A stretch of DNA of 64,000 nucleotides from a virus, in the IMG/VR virus record IMGVR_UViG_3300008262_000047; one strand, 5' to 3'. The first letter of the stretch is position 1. Each line of letters opens with the position of its first letter. Below the pieces are notes generated by a model. The model saw only the letters and a program-made list of their open reading frames with translations, was not told where the DNA came from and searched no databases. Made by a program: the position numbers and the translations under genes. Shown here one piece after another: positions 18,853-28,848 of the stretch.

Positions 18853-19522
18853 TTCCAAGACGGTATCACTGCTACAGAGTTTCGCACAGATTAGTCCTAA
18901 CCTTCTAGTGAAGGCGGGTAATAAGTTGGCAACTCGTAATGCAGTAAATAGTATTCAGGCACGGGCTGTTGTCGAGGAAACGTTTCCTCAGCAGTTCGCT
19001 ATTTACGATTTGACACAGCTTCTAACACTTCTTTCAATGTCACAGACACCAGACATTGAGTTTCATGAGAAGCATCTGGTCATTCAACATGGTGATGGGC
19101 GTAATCATTCATTCAAGTTTGCAGATGAGAGTCTTGTAGCAGCTCCGTCTGATAATCCTCCGCAGCTTGAACACTTGTACTCCTTTAAGCTCACGGCATC
19201 TGACATTAACATGATTGTCAAGACGGCTTCGGTTGTATCTGCCACAATGATGAACATCGTATCAAAGAATGGTAAGGTGACATTGTTTGTGAATGATCCG
19301 AAGAATTCTACATCACATTCATTCACGCAACCTTTGGGTGACAGTGATGTGTCGTTTGATGTCAAGATGGCAATTGATACATTCAAGATTGTTCCTGGTG
19401 AGTATAAGGTGCATGTATCACACGCCATCGCCAAGGCAGGTAAGGTATTGGTATTTTTCTTTGAATCTACAACTTCTGAACTAACATATTTGATTGCAGC
19501 CGACACTACATCAAAGGTGTAA
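18842..19522 (+). CDS. gp45 sliding clamp
   Basis: MKISSKT..LQSFAQI, FAIYDL; precedes gp44. Confidence 0.88.
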   Translation: MKISSKTVSLLQSFAQISPNLLVKAGNKLATRNAVNSIQARAVVEETFPQQFAIYDLTQLLTLLSMSQTPDIEFHEKHLVIQHGDGRNHSFKFADESLVAAPSDNPPQLEHLYSFKLTASDINMIVKTASVVSATMMNIVSKNGKVTLFVNDPKNSTSHSFTQPLGDSDVSFDVKMAIDTFKIVPGEYKVHVSHAIAKAGKVLVFFFESTTSELTYLIAADTTSKV

Positions 19523-19528
19523 TATATT

Positions 19529-20470
19529 ATGGAAGCAAATCGTGAGCAGTTTCTTTGGGTTGAAAAGTATCGTCCGCGGAAAATTTCTGATTGTATTCTT
19601 CCGCAGACATTGAAGAACACGTTCCAAGAGTTTGTGGATAAGGATAATATTCCTAACATGCTCTTGGCGGGTACAGCAGGGACAGGTAAGACCACGATAG
19701 CCCGGGCTTTGTGTGAAGAATTAGGATGTGAGTATATTATTATCAACGGATCTGAGGAATCAGGTATTGATGTACTCAGAACCAAGATTAAAGATTTTGC
19801 CAGTACAGTTTCTTTGGCTGGTAAAACAAAGGTCGTGATTCTTGATGAGGCAGATTATTTAAATCCTAATTCCACACAACCCGCACTTCGTGGTTTCATT
19901 GAGGAGTTTAGTAAGAATTGTCGGTTCATTTTCACTTGTAATTACAAAAATAGAATTATTCCTCCACTACACAGTAGAACCACCGTGGTGGATTTCAAAC
20001 TCTCAAAGGATGATAAGCCTGCCATGGCGGCGAAATTCTTTAAGAGAGTATCAGACATCTTGAAGGAAGAACAAGTCACGTTTGATCCGAAAGCTGTTGC
20101 TGAGGTGTTAAATAAGCACTTCCCTGATTATCGGCGTGTATTAAATGAGTTGCAACGATATGCCTCATCGGGTAATATTGATGCAGGTATTCTCACGAAC
20201 ATCAGTGATGCAAACATGAAGGAACTTCTCACGGCTCTCCGTGAAAAGGATTTCAAGAAGATGCGCGGTTGGGTTGTGAACAACATGGACAACGATCCGA
20301 ACATGCTCTTTCGAAAGTTGTATGATACGTTACTCACTGAGGTGGTTCAAGTTCCTCAGTTGGTATTGCTATTGGCTGATTATCAATACAAGGCGGCGTT
20401 CGTTGCCGATGCTGAAATTAATCTAGTAGCATGTCTGACAGAAATCATGGCAGCATGTGAGATGAAGTAA
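19529..20470 (+). CDS. gp44 clamp loader large subunit
   Basis: WVEKYRP, GTAGTGKT, ILDEAD, LHSR. Confidence 0.95.
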   Translation: MEANREQFLWVEKYRPRKISDCILPQTLKNTFQEFVDKDNIPNMLLAGTAGTGKTTIARALCEELGCEYIIINGSEESGIDVLRTKIKDFASTVSLAGKTKVVILDEADYLNPNSTQPALRGFIEEFSKNCRFIFTCNYKNRIIPPLHSRTTVVDFKLSKDDKPAMAAKFFKRVSDILKEEQVTFDPKAVAEVLNKHFPDYRRVLNELQRYASSGNIDAGILTNISDANMKELLTALREKDFKKMRGWVVNNMDNDPNMLFRKLYDTLLTEVVQVPQLVLLLADYQYKAAFVADAEINLVACLTEIMAACEMK

Positions 20471-20482
20471 TAGGAGAATACT

Positions 20483-20974
20483 ATGAATCTTATTCCCAGT
20501 TCTTATTCGACATTTGTGACTGACCATGAAAAAGGACAAATCACACAACTAATGGCTAAGACATATTTCATTTATCGAGGTTGGGAGACATCAACTCCTG
20601 AGAATCCATCCTCTCCATATGATTTATTGATTCGTCATCCCCGAACAGGAAAGTCTTTACTGGTACAAGTAAAGTCATTAACTAGTAAAAATAGAAGTGT
20701 TGAAACATATGCTAAAGGAAATGGTAGGGACAAGGGCTCAAAAAGAAAAAAGACAGATTATGCCAAATGTGGTATTGATTTTCTTCTTGGGGTTGATGTT
20801 GACACTTCAAATGTCTATCTGTATCCGTTAGATTTCTATCGGGGAAAGAGTACTATCAATGTAGATAAAAATCCTTCGTTTGATGTTGAATTCATCACAG
20901 AACGAGGATATAGAAACTTTAAGATGCACGAAGAAATTTCCACATTAGACCTACTGGCACATGATAAATCTTGA
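20483..20974 (+). CDS. PD-(D/E)XK endonuclease, probable free-standing homing endonuclease
   Basis: KG..T, PYDLLI, VQVKS, Y....IDF; own AGGAG RBS; interrupts gp44-gp62. Confidence 0.7.
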   Translation: MNLIPSSYSTFVTDHEKGQITQLMAKTYFIYRGWETSTPENPSSPYDLLIRHPRTGKSLLVQVKSLTSKNRSVETYAKGNGRDKGSKRKKTDYAKCGIDFLLGVDVDTSNVYLYPLDFYRGKSTINVDKNPSFDVEFITERGYRNFKMHEEISTLDLLAHDKS

Positions 20975-21410
20975 TGGCGAAGAAATCGTAGAAGAAAAAA
21001 TTGAGGAATATAAAACTCCGAAAATTAGTCCTTTCGATTTTGTGAATGCCATTCATTACTCTAAGGATGCACTCATTGTGGATGAGTGGAGTGAGAAGCA
21101 GTATAATCCCTATCTTGTAAACAAGAGTTTAAGTTTCGGGGCAGACACAGTAATTGCTGCCAATGAAATGAATAGTCGTCCCCATCTGGAGAAACGCCTC
21201 CAGTTTGATTTTCTTATAAATATAGTGAGACCTCGAAAGAGATTCAACAAGTGGTTGAAGGCTGAAAAAGTCGAAGATATTGATGTGGTTAAACAGTATT
21301 ATAAATACAATACTGAGAAAGCATTTCAGGCTCTTGCTCTTTTAACGCCAGAACAAATTCTCACAATTAAAGAAAAATTGAACACAGGTGGATTGACAAA
21401 TGGCGCATGA
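20961..21410 (+). CDS. gp62 clamp loader small subunit
   Basis: SPFDFVNAI, YNPYLVNKSLS, ANEMN, RPRKRFNKW. Confidence 0.9.
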   Translation: MINLDGEEIVEEKIEEYKTPKISPFDFVNAIHYSKDALIVDEWSEKQYNPYLVNKSLSFGADTVIAANEMNSRPHLEKRLQFDFLINIVRPRKRFNKWLKAEKVEDIDVVKQYYKYNTEKAFQALALLTPEQILTIKEKLNTGGLTNGA

Positions 21411-21819
21411 TTTAATAAATATACCCGCAATTCCTGGGTATGAACCATTAGAAGTTAAATTGGTGAATCCGGATGACTTCTTGAAGGTTCGTGAAACATT
21501 AACACGTATTGGTGTTGCCTCACGAAAGGATCAAACACTATACCAAAGCTGTCACATCTTACATAAGCAAGGCAGATATTTCATTGTTCACTTTAAGGAA
21601 CTTTTTGCCCTTGACGGTAAGCATGCTGATTTATCAGATAACGATTTACACAGACGTAATACAGTTGCTCATCTTCTTGAAGATTGGGGATTGGTTGACA
21701 TTGTGAACCCAGACCTATGTGAAGATACCGCACCGTTATCACAAATCAAAGTACTTGCATTTGGTGAAAAGAACAATTGGAATTTAGTAGCAAAATATAA
21801 TATTGGAAAAAAGAAATAA
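21400..21819 (+). CDS. regA: RegA translational repressor
   Basis: DDFLKVRETLTRIG, LYQSCHILHKQGRYFIVHFKELF. Confidence 0.96.
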   Translation: MAHDLINIPAIPGYEPLEVKLVNPDDFLKVRETLTRIGVASRKDQTLYQSCHILHKQGRYFIVHFKELFALDGKHADLSDNDLHRRNTVAHLLEDWGLVDIVNPDLCEDTAPLSQIKVLAFGEKNNWNLVAKYNIGKKK

Positions 21820-21858
21820 GACTTGACTGTAGGGGTGTTAGGAGTTAACTTAACCTTA

Positions 21859-21908
21859 GATACGCCGAAAGGGTATCACTAACACATTCGCTCAAAGGAG
21901 GAATTATG
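21859..21908 (+). promoter_or_regulatory. ROSE-like RNA thermometer in hsp20 leader
   Basis: TTC-G-CTC AAAG GAG GAA hairpin with bulged G opposite the SD; upstream GAAA-capped hairpin. Confidence 0.55.
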
Positions 21909-22334
21909 ACACGTACCTTTACTTTTAACTCTGCTTCTCTTAATACACCATGGGCTATTGGCTTTGATAGTCTATGGGACCGTTTTCATACCATTGAATC
22001 GGTTAATAGTGCAAGCAATTATCCCCCATACAACATCGTTAAGCATGATGCTGAGCATTGGAGCATCGAACTTGCCGTGGCAGGTTTCAAGCGGAATGAA
22101 CTTGATGTTGAATTGGCTGAGGGAGTTCTTACCATTTCAGCAAAGACAGAAACTTCAGAAACCGAAGTGGAATATGTCCATCGCGGTTTGGCAAAGCGTG
22201 CGTTCACTCGCAAGTGGACACTCGCTGATGATGTAGTTGTTCGTGATGCGTCACTTGTTGATGGTGTTCTCACCATTGATTTGGAACGCATCGTCCCCGA
22301 GGATAAGAAGCCTCGGAAGATTGACATTTTGTAA
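21906..22334 (+). CDS. small heat shock protein (Hsp20/IbpA family)
   Basis: NYPPYNI, ELAVAGF, YVHRGLAKRAF, DGVLTI, PRKI. Confidence 0.95.
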   Translation: MTRTFTFNSASLNTPWAIGFDSLWDRFHTIESVNSASNYPPYNIVKHDAEHWSIELAVAGFKRNELDVELAEGVLTISAKTETSETEVEYVHRGLAKRAFTRKWTLADDVVVRDASLVDGVLTIDLERIVPEDKKPRKIDIL

Positions 22335-22373
22335 TTAAATAATCCTCCTAACACCCTTACAGTTGAGTTTATA

Positions 22374-22670
22374 ATGATTAAATGCATCAAGTTAGTTACA
22401 GGCGAAGATTTGATTGGTGACGTTGAAGTACAAGGTGATTCACTCACCATCGAAACACCATGTGCGGTTGTGCTCATCCCAACCCAAGAACATCAATACT
22501 CTGTTGGTCTTGCACCATTTCTTCCGTTTGCTGCCTCCAAGAAGTTTTCATATTCCCGTGAACATGTTGTGCTGGTATATGAAGCAGCCGACCAATTGAA
22601 GAATGAATACAATAGGATTACAGGCAAGGGTATTGTTCTTCCTGAACGCCCAAAGTTAGAACTAGTCTAA
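22374..22670 (+). CDS. conserved T4-like hypothetical (Sm-like)
   Basis: IKLVTGEDLIG, GLAPFLP, EYNRITG.GIV. Confidence 0.7.
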   Translation: MIKCIKLVTGEDLIGDVEVQGDSLTIETPCAVVLIPTQEHQYSVGLAPFLPFAASKKFSYSREHVVLVYEAADQLKNEYNRITGKGIVLPERPKLELV

Positions 22671-22676
22671 CACATT

Positions 22677-22738
22677 GAAACCTCTCGGAGACGGGAGGTT
22701 TCCTGCCTACTTGACAAAGTGTGGCATCATGTTATATT
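22677..22738 (+). promoter_or_regulatory. hairpin followed by early promoter of gp43
   Basis: GAAACCTCTCG-GAGA-CGGGAGGTTTC stem; TTGACA 22711, 16 nt, TATATT 22733. Confidence 0.65.
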
Positions 22739-22780
22739 TCATACATATCTTAAAAACATTCAAGACCCGGGAGAGGTTGA

Positions 22781-25291
22781 ATGAAGAATTTCTACACGAA
22801 CGTATTACAATATGGTAATAGAATTCTTGTCCGTGAAATTAAAAACGGCAAGCGTGACAACCACAAGGTGGAATTCCGCCCCACGATGTTCATTAAGGCG
22901 CAGACTGAAACAAAACATAAAAGTTTGTTTGGTGATAATCTAGAGCCTATTCAATTTGGTGACATCAACGAAGCAAAAGAATTCATGAAGAAATATAAGG
23001 AAGTAGAAAACTTCCCCATCTTCGGTAACACTTCTTTTGCCTATCAGTACATCACAGAGAAATATCCTACTGAGGTTGATTATGATATTAGTCAGCTCAC
23101 CATCTTCTCACTCGACATTGAGACAGCCTCAGAGAATGGCTTTCCGAGTATTGACAATCCCATCGAGGAAGTCTTGCTCATCACAGTACAAGATAACAAC
23201 ACAAAGAAGATTACAACCTTTGGCGCAAAAAAGTTTGACATTGAAAACATCAAGCATATTTCCAATAAGAACAATTTCGAATATGTGAAGTGTCGTGATG
23301 AAGCAGATTTGCTCAGCACATTTCTTCGTTTCTGGCAAGCCACAACTCCTGATGTTGTGACAGGGTGGAACACACAGCTATTCGATATGCCTTATCTTCT
23401 GGTTCGTATCAAGAGAGTTTTGGGTGAGGATAAAATTAAGGATTTGTCGCCATGGCGTATTGTTAATGAACGATACATCACGATGAATGGTCGTGAATTT
23501 CTCACGGCTGATATTTTTGGTGTGAGTAGCTTAGATTATTTGGACTTGTATAAGAAGTTTACATACTCGGCACAAGAAAGTTATAAGCTCGATTATATCG
23601 CACAGCAGGAATTGGGAAGAAAGAAACTAGAAACGGAATATGAAACATTCAAGGATCATTATACAAATGATTGGCAATCGTTTGTGGAATATAACGTTGT
23701 TGACGTAGAACTGGTTGACGCCTTAGAAGATAAGATGAAGTTGATTGAATTGGTTATCACGATGGCATATGATGCCAAGTGTAACTTCAATGACATCTTC
23801 TCGGCGGTGCGAACCTGGGATTGTATTCTTCACAATCATTTGTGGGCAAAGAATATTATTGTTCATCAAAAGGAACATCACGAAGGTAGAACAATTGCCG
23901 GTGCCTATGTGAAAGAACCCGTGCCGGGTAAGTATGATTGGGTTGTGAGCTTCGACGCGGCATCACTATATCCTAGCATCATCATGCAGTATAACATGAG
24001 TCCTGAAACAATGGTAACGGGTGCATCACTAGACATCACACCTGAAAAACTTTTGGCAGGACATACGGAACACGTTGGTCAGCTCCATGACAAGAATGTG
24101 GCAATGGCAGCAAATGGCTATTGTTATACACAAACACATCAAGGATTATTCCCAGAAATTGTCGAAAAGATTTTCAGTGAACGTGTGTTCTACAAGAAGA
24201 AGATGATTGAGGCACAGAAGGAATATGAAAAGACAAAGGATGTTGAACAGGTAAAATTGATTTCCAAATATAACAACATTCAAATGGCTCGTAAGATTCA
24301 GTTGAATAGTTTATATGGTGCCTGGGCAAATCAATACTTTCGTTTCTATGATGATAGAATTGCCGAAGGTATCACGTTGACAGGACAATACATCATTCAA
24401 CATATTGGTCGAGCATTGAATGATTATCTGAACAAGACATGCGGAACGACTAATGTGGAGTATACTTTCTATTCCGATACTGATAGTTGTTACATCACAT
24501 TGGATAAGTTGGTTGAACAACATTTCTCACAGTTGGATAAGAACAAGATTGTGGATGTGATTGACAAGTTTTGTAAGGATAAAATTAGTAAGGTGTTATC
24601 TCGCGCCTGTGAAGAAATCATGGATGTGACACATGGATACGTGTCGAAGATGGAGTTCAAACGTGAGGTGATTGCTGATAAGGCAATCTGGGTGGCAAAG
24701 AAGCGTTATGCCTTGAACGTCTATGATAGTGAAGGTGTTCGATACAAGGAACCCAAGCTGAAGGTGCAGGGGCTTGAAATTGTTCGTAGTTCAACCCCTG
24801 GGAGTGTCCGTGAATATCTTCGAAACACAGTGAAGATGGCACTGACAAAAACACAAGATGAGATTCAAGAGTATATTGCTGACCTTGAACAGAAATTCAT
24901 GCAGATGACGCCTGAGGAGATTGCATTTCCGCGAAGTGCCAACAATCTCTCCAAGTATCATTCACAGGCAACCATATATCAGAAGGCGACACCTATGCAT
25001 GTTCGAGGTGCACTGTTATACAATCATCACATTAAGTTGAAGAAGTTAGAAAGAAAGTATGAGCTAATTAAAGAAGGTGATAAAATCAAGTATTTGTATT
25101 TGAAGGAACCCAATCCCATCAAGGAAAACAGCATTGCATTTGTGACATCGTTACCAAAAGAACTTGACATACATAAGTATGTTGATTATAATACAATGTT
25201 CGAAAAGAGTTTTCTAGAACCTATGCGAACCATTCTTGATTGTATGGGTTGGTCAACACGAAAAATTGCCACACTAGATGATTTATTCTAA
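22781..25291 (+). CDS. gp43 family B DNA polymerase
   Basis: DIET exonuclease motif, SFDAASLYPS, KIQLNSLYG, YSDTDS, KKRY. Confidence 0.97.
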   Translation: MKNFYTNVLQYGNRILVREIKNGKRDNHKVEFRPTMFIKAQTETKHKSLFGDNLEPIQFGDINEAKEFMKKYKEVENFPIFGNTSFAYQYITEKYPTEVDYDISQLTIFSLDIETASENGFPSIDNPIEEVLLITVQDNNTKKITTFGAKKFDIENIKHISNKNNFEYVKCRDEADLLSTFLRFWQATTPDVVTGWNTQLFDMPYLLVRIKRVLGEDKIKDLSPWRIVNERYITMNGREFLTADIFGVSSLDYLDLYKKFTYSAQESYKLDYIAQQELGRKKLETEYETFKDHYTNDWQSFVEYNVVDVELVDALEDKMKLIELVITMAYDAKCNFNDIFSAVRTWDCILHNHLWAKNIIVHQKEHHEGRTIAGAYVKEPVPGKYDWVVSFDAASLYPSIIMQYNMSPETMVTGASLDITPEKLLAGHTEHVGQLHDKNVAMAANGYCYTQTHQGLFPEIVEKIFSERVFYKKKMIEAQKEYEKTKDVEQVKLISKYNNIQMARKIQLNSLYGAWANQYFRFYDDRIAEGITLTGQYIIQHIGRALNDYLNKTCGTTNVEYTFYSDTDSCYITLDKLVEQHFSQLDKNKIVDVIDKFCKDKISKVLSRACEEIMDVTHGYVSKMEFKREVIADKAIWVAKKRYALNVYDSEGVRYKEPKLKVQGLEIVRSSTPGSVREYLRNTVKMALTKTQDEIQEYIADLEQKFMQMTPEEIAFPRSANNLSKYHSQATIYQKATPMHVRGALLYNHHIKLKKLERKYELIKEGDKIKYLYLKEPNPIKENSIAFVTSLPKELDIHKYVDYNTMFEKSFLEPMRTILDCMGWSTRKIATLDDLF
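25164..25192 (+). promoter_or_regulatory. consensus sigma70 promoter embedded in gp43 3' end, upstream of uvsX
   Basis: TTGACA 25164, 17 nt, TATAAT 25187. Confidence 0.65.
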
Positions 25292-25300
25292 GGAGATGCT

Positions 25301-26350
25301 ATGTCATTAATTAACAAGTTACGAAAAAATTCCACAATTCGTGAAACAGAAATCCTAACTGAAAGTAAATTCTTTTCAGCAAAGGACATGATTCAAACCC
25401 CTGTCCCGATGATTAATGTTGCTCTATCGGGTCGTCTTGATGGTGGTCTTACGCCTGGTTTAACAGTGTTCGCAGGTCCCTCTAAACACTTTAAGACAGC
25501 GTTCGCCATGCTTCTTGCGAAGTCATATTTGGAAAAATATGAGGATGCAGCCATTCTGTTCTATGATTCAGAGTTTGGCGCACCCGCGGGATACTTCAAG
25601 AGCTTCGGTATTGATACCGACCGCGTGATCCACACACCGATTACCGATATTGAGCAACTCAAACATGATATGATGTCACAGATTAACAACATTGAACGTG
25701 GTGAGCATGTCATCATCATTGTTGATTCTGTTGGTAACTTGGCATCAAAGAAAGAAGTTGAAGATGCACTGGAAGGAAAGAGTGTGGCAGACATGACCAG
25801 AGCCAAGCAGCTCAAGAGTCTGTTCCGCATGTGTACACCCCACTTAACCATCAAGGACATTCCCATGGTGGTTGTGAATCACACATACAAGGAAATTGGT
25901 ATGTTCCCGAAGGACATTGTATCAGGCGGTACAGGCATCTATTACTCAGCCGATAACATCTTCATCATTGGTCGTCAGCAAGAGAAGGATGCTGATGGTC
26001 TCACGGGATACAACTTCATCATCAATGTTGAGAAGTCTCGCTTTGTTCGTGAAAAGAGTAAGATTCCTGTTGAGGTATCATTTGAAGGGGGTATTAGCAC
26101 ATGGTCAGGATTATTGGATGTGGCACTTGAATCTGGACATGTCGTGAAGCCCGCAAATGGTTGGTATCAAAAGAAGGGAGAAGAAAAGAAGCATCGCTTA
26201 AATGACACATACACCCGGGAATTCTGGATGTCTATTCTTTCGGATAGCACGTTCAGAGATTGGATTAAAACACATTATGCCATTTCCAACTCGTCCCTAG
26301 TGGCAGAATTTACTGATGAACTCATTCAAGAGGAATATGACAATGCCTAA
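25301..26350 (+). CDS. uvsX: UvsX RecA-like recombinase
   Basis: AGPSKHFKT, YDSEFG, DMTRAK, SGGTG. Confidence 0.95.
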   Translation: MSLINKLRKNSTIRETEILTESKFFSAKDMIQTPVPMINVALSGRLDGGLTPGLTVFAGPSKHFKTAFAMLLAKSYLEKYEDAAILFYDSEFGAPAGYFKSFGIDTDRVIHTPITDIEQLKHDMMSQINNIERGEHVIIIVDSVGNLASKKEVEDALEGKSVADMTRAKQLKSLFRMCTPHLTIKDIPMVVVNHTYKEIGMFPKDIVSGGTGIYYSADNIFIIGRQQEKDADGLTGYNFIINVEKSRFVREKSKIPVEVSFEGGISTWSGLLDVALESGHVVKPANGWYQKKGEEKKHRLNDTYTREFWMSILSDSTFRDWIKTHYAISNSSLVAEFTDELIQEEYDNA

Positions 26351-26681
26351 TTTTATTGTCCAGAAAAACGAAAAGTTTAAAGAAAGTAATACCGCAGAAT
26401 TTTATATTGAAATTGATGAAGGCACCTTCCAGGGATTGTCATTTGTGTTTGGTCCTGTTGAATTTTTAGGTGAAGATGAAGAAGGAAATGGTCGTGTTAA
26501 GTTTGATTATCACTTGTTAGAAACTCCTGAGTTTGTTATCTTAGAAGAACATCGTGAGCAGATTGAAACTGAAATTGGTTTAGTTTTACACAAGATTCTT
26601 GAAGATATGGCTAAAAACACTGACGGGGAGCAAACAGATGAAATTGGAACAGGTGATACTGAACAATCTACTGAAGGATGA
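26343..26681 (+). CDS. hypothetical, position of T4 gp40
   Basis: Acidic 112 aa between uvsX and gp41; synteny only. Confidence 0.45.
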   Translation: MPNFIVQKNEKFKESNTAEFYIEIDEGTFQGLSFVFGPVEFLGEDEEGNGRVKFDYHLLETPEFVILEEHREQIETEIGLVLHKILEDMAKNTDGEQTDEIGTGDTEQSTEG

Positions 26682-28032
26682 AACATATCTTCGTAAAGTT
26701 ATTCCTTTTTTAAAGGATGAGTATTTCATAGATGCAACTGAAAAGAAGGTGTTTCAAACGATTAATTCTTTTGTGGGGGAGTATAACGCTTCCCCCACAA
26801 TTGAAGCCGTACACATCTCATTACAGAATGACAAAACAATTCGTGAAGATGAGTATGAGAGAATTGTAGAACTTGTCAATTCATTTCAAAGTGATGCTGA
26901 GAAGAATAAAGAATGGTTATTGAATGAGACCGAAACGTTTTGTAAGGACAAGGCGGTGTATAACGCCATTGTTCAATCCATTCAAATCATTGATGGTAAG
27001 AATGATAAACTGACATCTGATGCCATTCCTGAAATTCTCAAGGATGCCTTAGCCATTAGTTTTGATAATAGTGTGGGACATGATTATCTTGATGATAGTG
27101 AAACTCGGTATGATTTCTATCATCGTGTGGAAGAAAAGATTCCTTTCGACTTGGATTTTTTCAACAAGATTACAAAGGGTGGATTGTCCAATAAGACATT
27201 GAACATTGCACTGGCAGGTACAGGCGTAGGTAAGAGTTTGTTCATGTGTCACGTTGCAGCAGGCGCCTTGAGTCAAGGGAAAAATGTTCTGTACATCACG
27301 ATGGAAATGGCGGAAGAAAAGATTGCAGAACGTATTGACGCCAATTTGATGAATGTCACAATGGATGATTTGAAGAATCTTCCGAAGCAAATGTTTGATG
27401 ACAGAATTAGTCGTATCAAAAACAAGACGGAAGGAAAACTCATCATTAAAGAATATCCTACAGCTTCAGCACATGCAGGACATTTTCGAGCATTGTTGAA
27501 TGAGTTGAGTTTAAAGAAGGATTTCCGTCCGGATTTGATTTTCATTGATTACTTGAACATTTGTGCTAGTAGTCGTTTCAAAATGTCTGGGAGCGTGAAC
27601 AGTTACATTTACATCAAGGGTATTGCAGAAGAACTTCGTGGATTGGCTGTGGAATTCAATGTACCTATCGTATCAGCAACTCAAACAACACGAACGGGAT
27701 ATTCCAATAGTGATGTGGAATTGACTGACACATCAGAATCATTTGGATTGCCGGCAACAGCCGACTTCATGTTCGCCTTGATTTCCACAGAAGATTTGCA
27801 GAAGTTGGATCAAATCATGATAAAACAATTGAAGAACAGATATGCCGATCCTAATCATCATAAGCGATTTGTGATTGGCGTTGACCGCGCTAAAATGAAG
27901 TTGTTCGATTTGGACATGTCAGCACAAAAAATGGTTTTGAAAAATGACACACCCTCATCAAGTCAGGAGTCAAAGCCTAATTTTGTCACATCGAAAACGT
28001 TCTCACGAAACTTTGAAAGTATTAAAATATAA
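26638..28032 (+). CDS. gp41 replicative helicase
   Basis: AGTGVGKS, ITMEMAE, IDYLNI, SATQTTR, SESFGLP. Confidence 0.95.
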   Translation: MKLEQVILNNLLKDETYLRKVIPFLKDEYFIDATEKKVFQTINSFVGEYNASPTIEAVHISLQNDKTIREDEYERIVELVNSFQSDAEKNKEWLLNETETFCKDKAVYNAIVQSIQIIDGKNDKLTSDAIPEILKDALAISFDNSVGHDYLDDSETRYDFYHRVEEKIPFDLDFFNKITKGGLSNKTLNIALAGTGVGKSLFMCHVAAGALSQGKNVLYITMEMAEEKIAERIDANLMNVTMDDLKNLPKQMFDDRISRIKNKTEGKLIIKEYPTASAHAGHFRALLNELSLKKDFRPDLIFIDYLNICASSRFKMSGSVNSYIYIKGIAEELRGLAVEFNVPIVSATQTTRTGYSNSDVELTDTSESFGLPATADFMFALISTEDLQKLDQIMIKQLKNRYADPNHHKRFVIGVDRAKMKLFDLDMSAQKMVLKNDTPSSSQESKPNFVTSKTFSRNFESIKI

Positions 28033-28035
28033 ATA
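28028..28035 (+). promoter_or_regulatory. T4 late promoter
   Basis: TATAAATA about 30 nt before 28065. Confidence 0.65.
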
Positions 28036-28064
28036 GAGAGTGGTGTCTTAACCCAGGGGGAATT

Positions 28065-28748
28065 ATGTATCTGGCTAGTAAGCTACACAAAGAAATAAAT
28101 ACTCATTTTTCACCCGATGAGATTATTGGTAGTGAGCTGACGTATGCGCAGATAAGTAGAAGAATGAATAAAATTCTTCGCCCTCTGGGTGCCAAAGGAA
28201 AAGTGGTTCGAGATGACAATTTAAAGAGTAAGTCTAACTCCCGTCAATACTATTCCTTTTCGGGGTACTATGACACAGAGGCGACAGGTATTCCCATTGT
28301 GATTAATGTTCACTTTGCGTCGAATAGAAAAACCTTTTCGTTTACTCGGGCGCGGTACAATGGATTCATGTTCATGTTGTCACAGATTATTCAACATGAA
28401 TTCATCCATAAAAGTCAATATGAGTTTCGTCCAGAACACTCGGAACGTTTAGTGAAGGTGTATCACTCAGATAAGTTGTCGAAAAAGCGGTTAAAGCAAA
28501 TAGAATATTTAAGTTCATGGTGTGAGATTGAGGCATATGCCCATGACATCGCCATGGAAATTAATCAATATTATCCAACGTCGAATCCGTCAACCATTTT
28601 GAAGCATATTGATGGACATAGAAAATTGTATAGTTACAAGTTCTATAAAGATGCCTTCAAGGGAACAGACTGGGATAGACTGAAAAAATCATTAATGCGG
28701 AAAATCTGGCGTTGGCTCCCCTCAGCACAGGGGTTTCAAGCCGTGTAA
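28065..28748 (+). CDS. putative zincin metallopeptidase
   Basis: QHEFIH plus downstream EIEAYA. Confidence 0.55.
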   Translation: MYLASKLHKEINTHFSPDEIIGSELTYAQISRRMNKILRPLGAKGKVVRDDNLKSKSNSRQYYSFSGYYDTEATGIPIVINVHFASNRKTFSFTRARYNGFMFMLSQIIQHEFIHKSQYEFRPEHSERLVKVYHSDKLSKKRLKQIEYLSSWCEIEAYAHDIAMEINQYYPTSNPSTILKHIDGHRKLYSYKFYKDAFKGTDWDRLKKSLMRKIWRWLPSAQGFQAV

Positions 28749-28808
28749 GTTGTTGTAAAATAAGCACTTAGCGGAGGGCTTGACAAATCCCCCAAATGGT
28801 GTTATATT
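28745..28808 (+). promoter_or_regulatory. early promoter with palindromic box
   Basis: GTAAGTTGTTGTAAAATAAGCACTTAG; TTGACA 28780, 17 nt, TATATT 28803. Confidence 0.8.
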
Positions 28809-28848
28809 TAAAGAGTAACACATTCAAAACTAAACCGAGGGTTCGACA

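Larger units (their letters stand above)
21821..22368 (+). repeat. 24-nt inverted repeat pair flanking hsp20
   Basis: 21821-21844 ACTTGACTGTAGGGGTGTTAGGAG pairs with 22345-22368 CTCCTAACACCCTTACAGTTGAGT (21 WC + 3 G-U). Confidence 0.85.
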
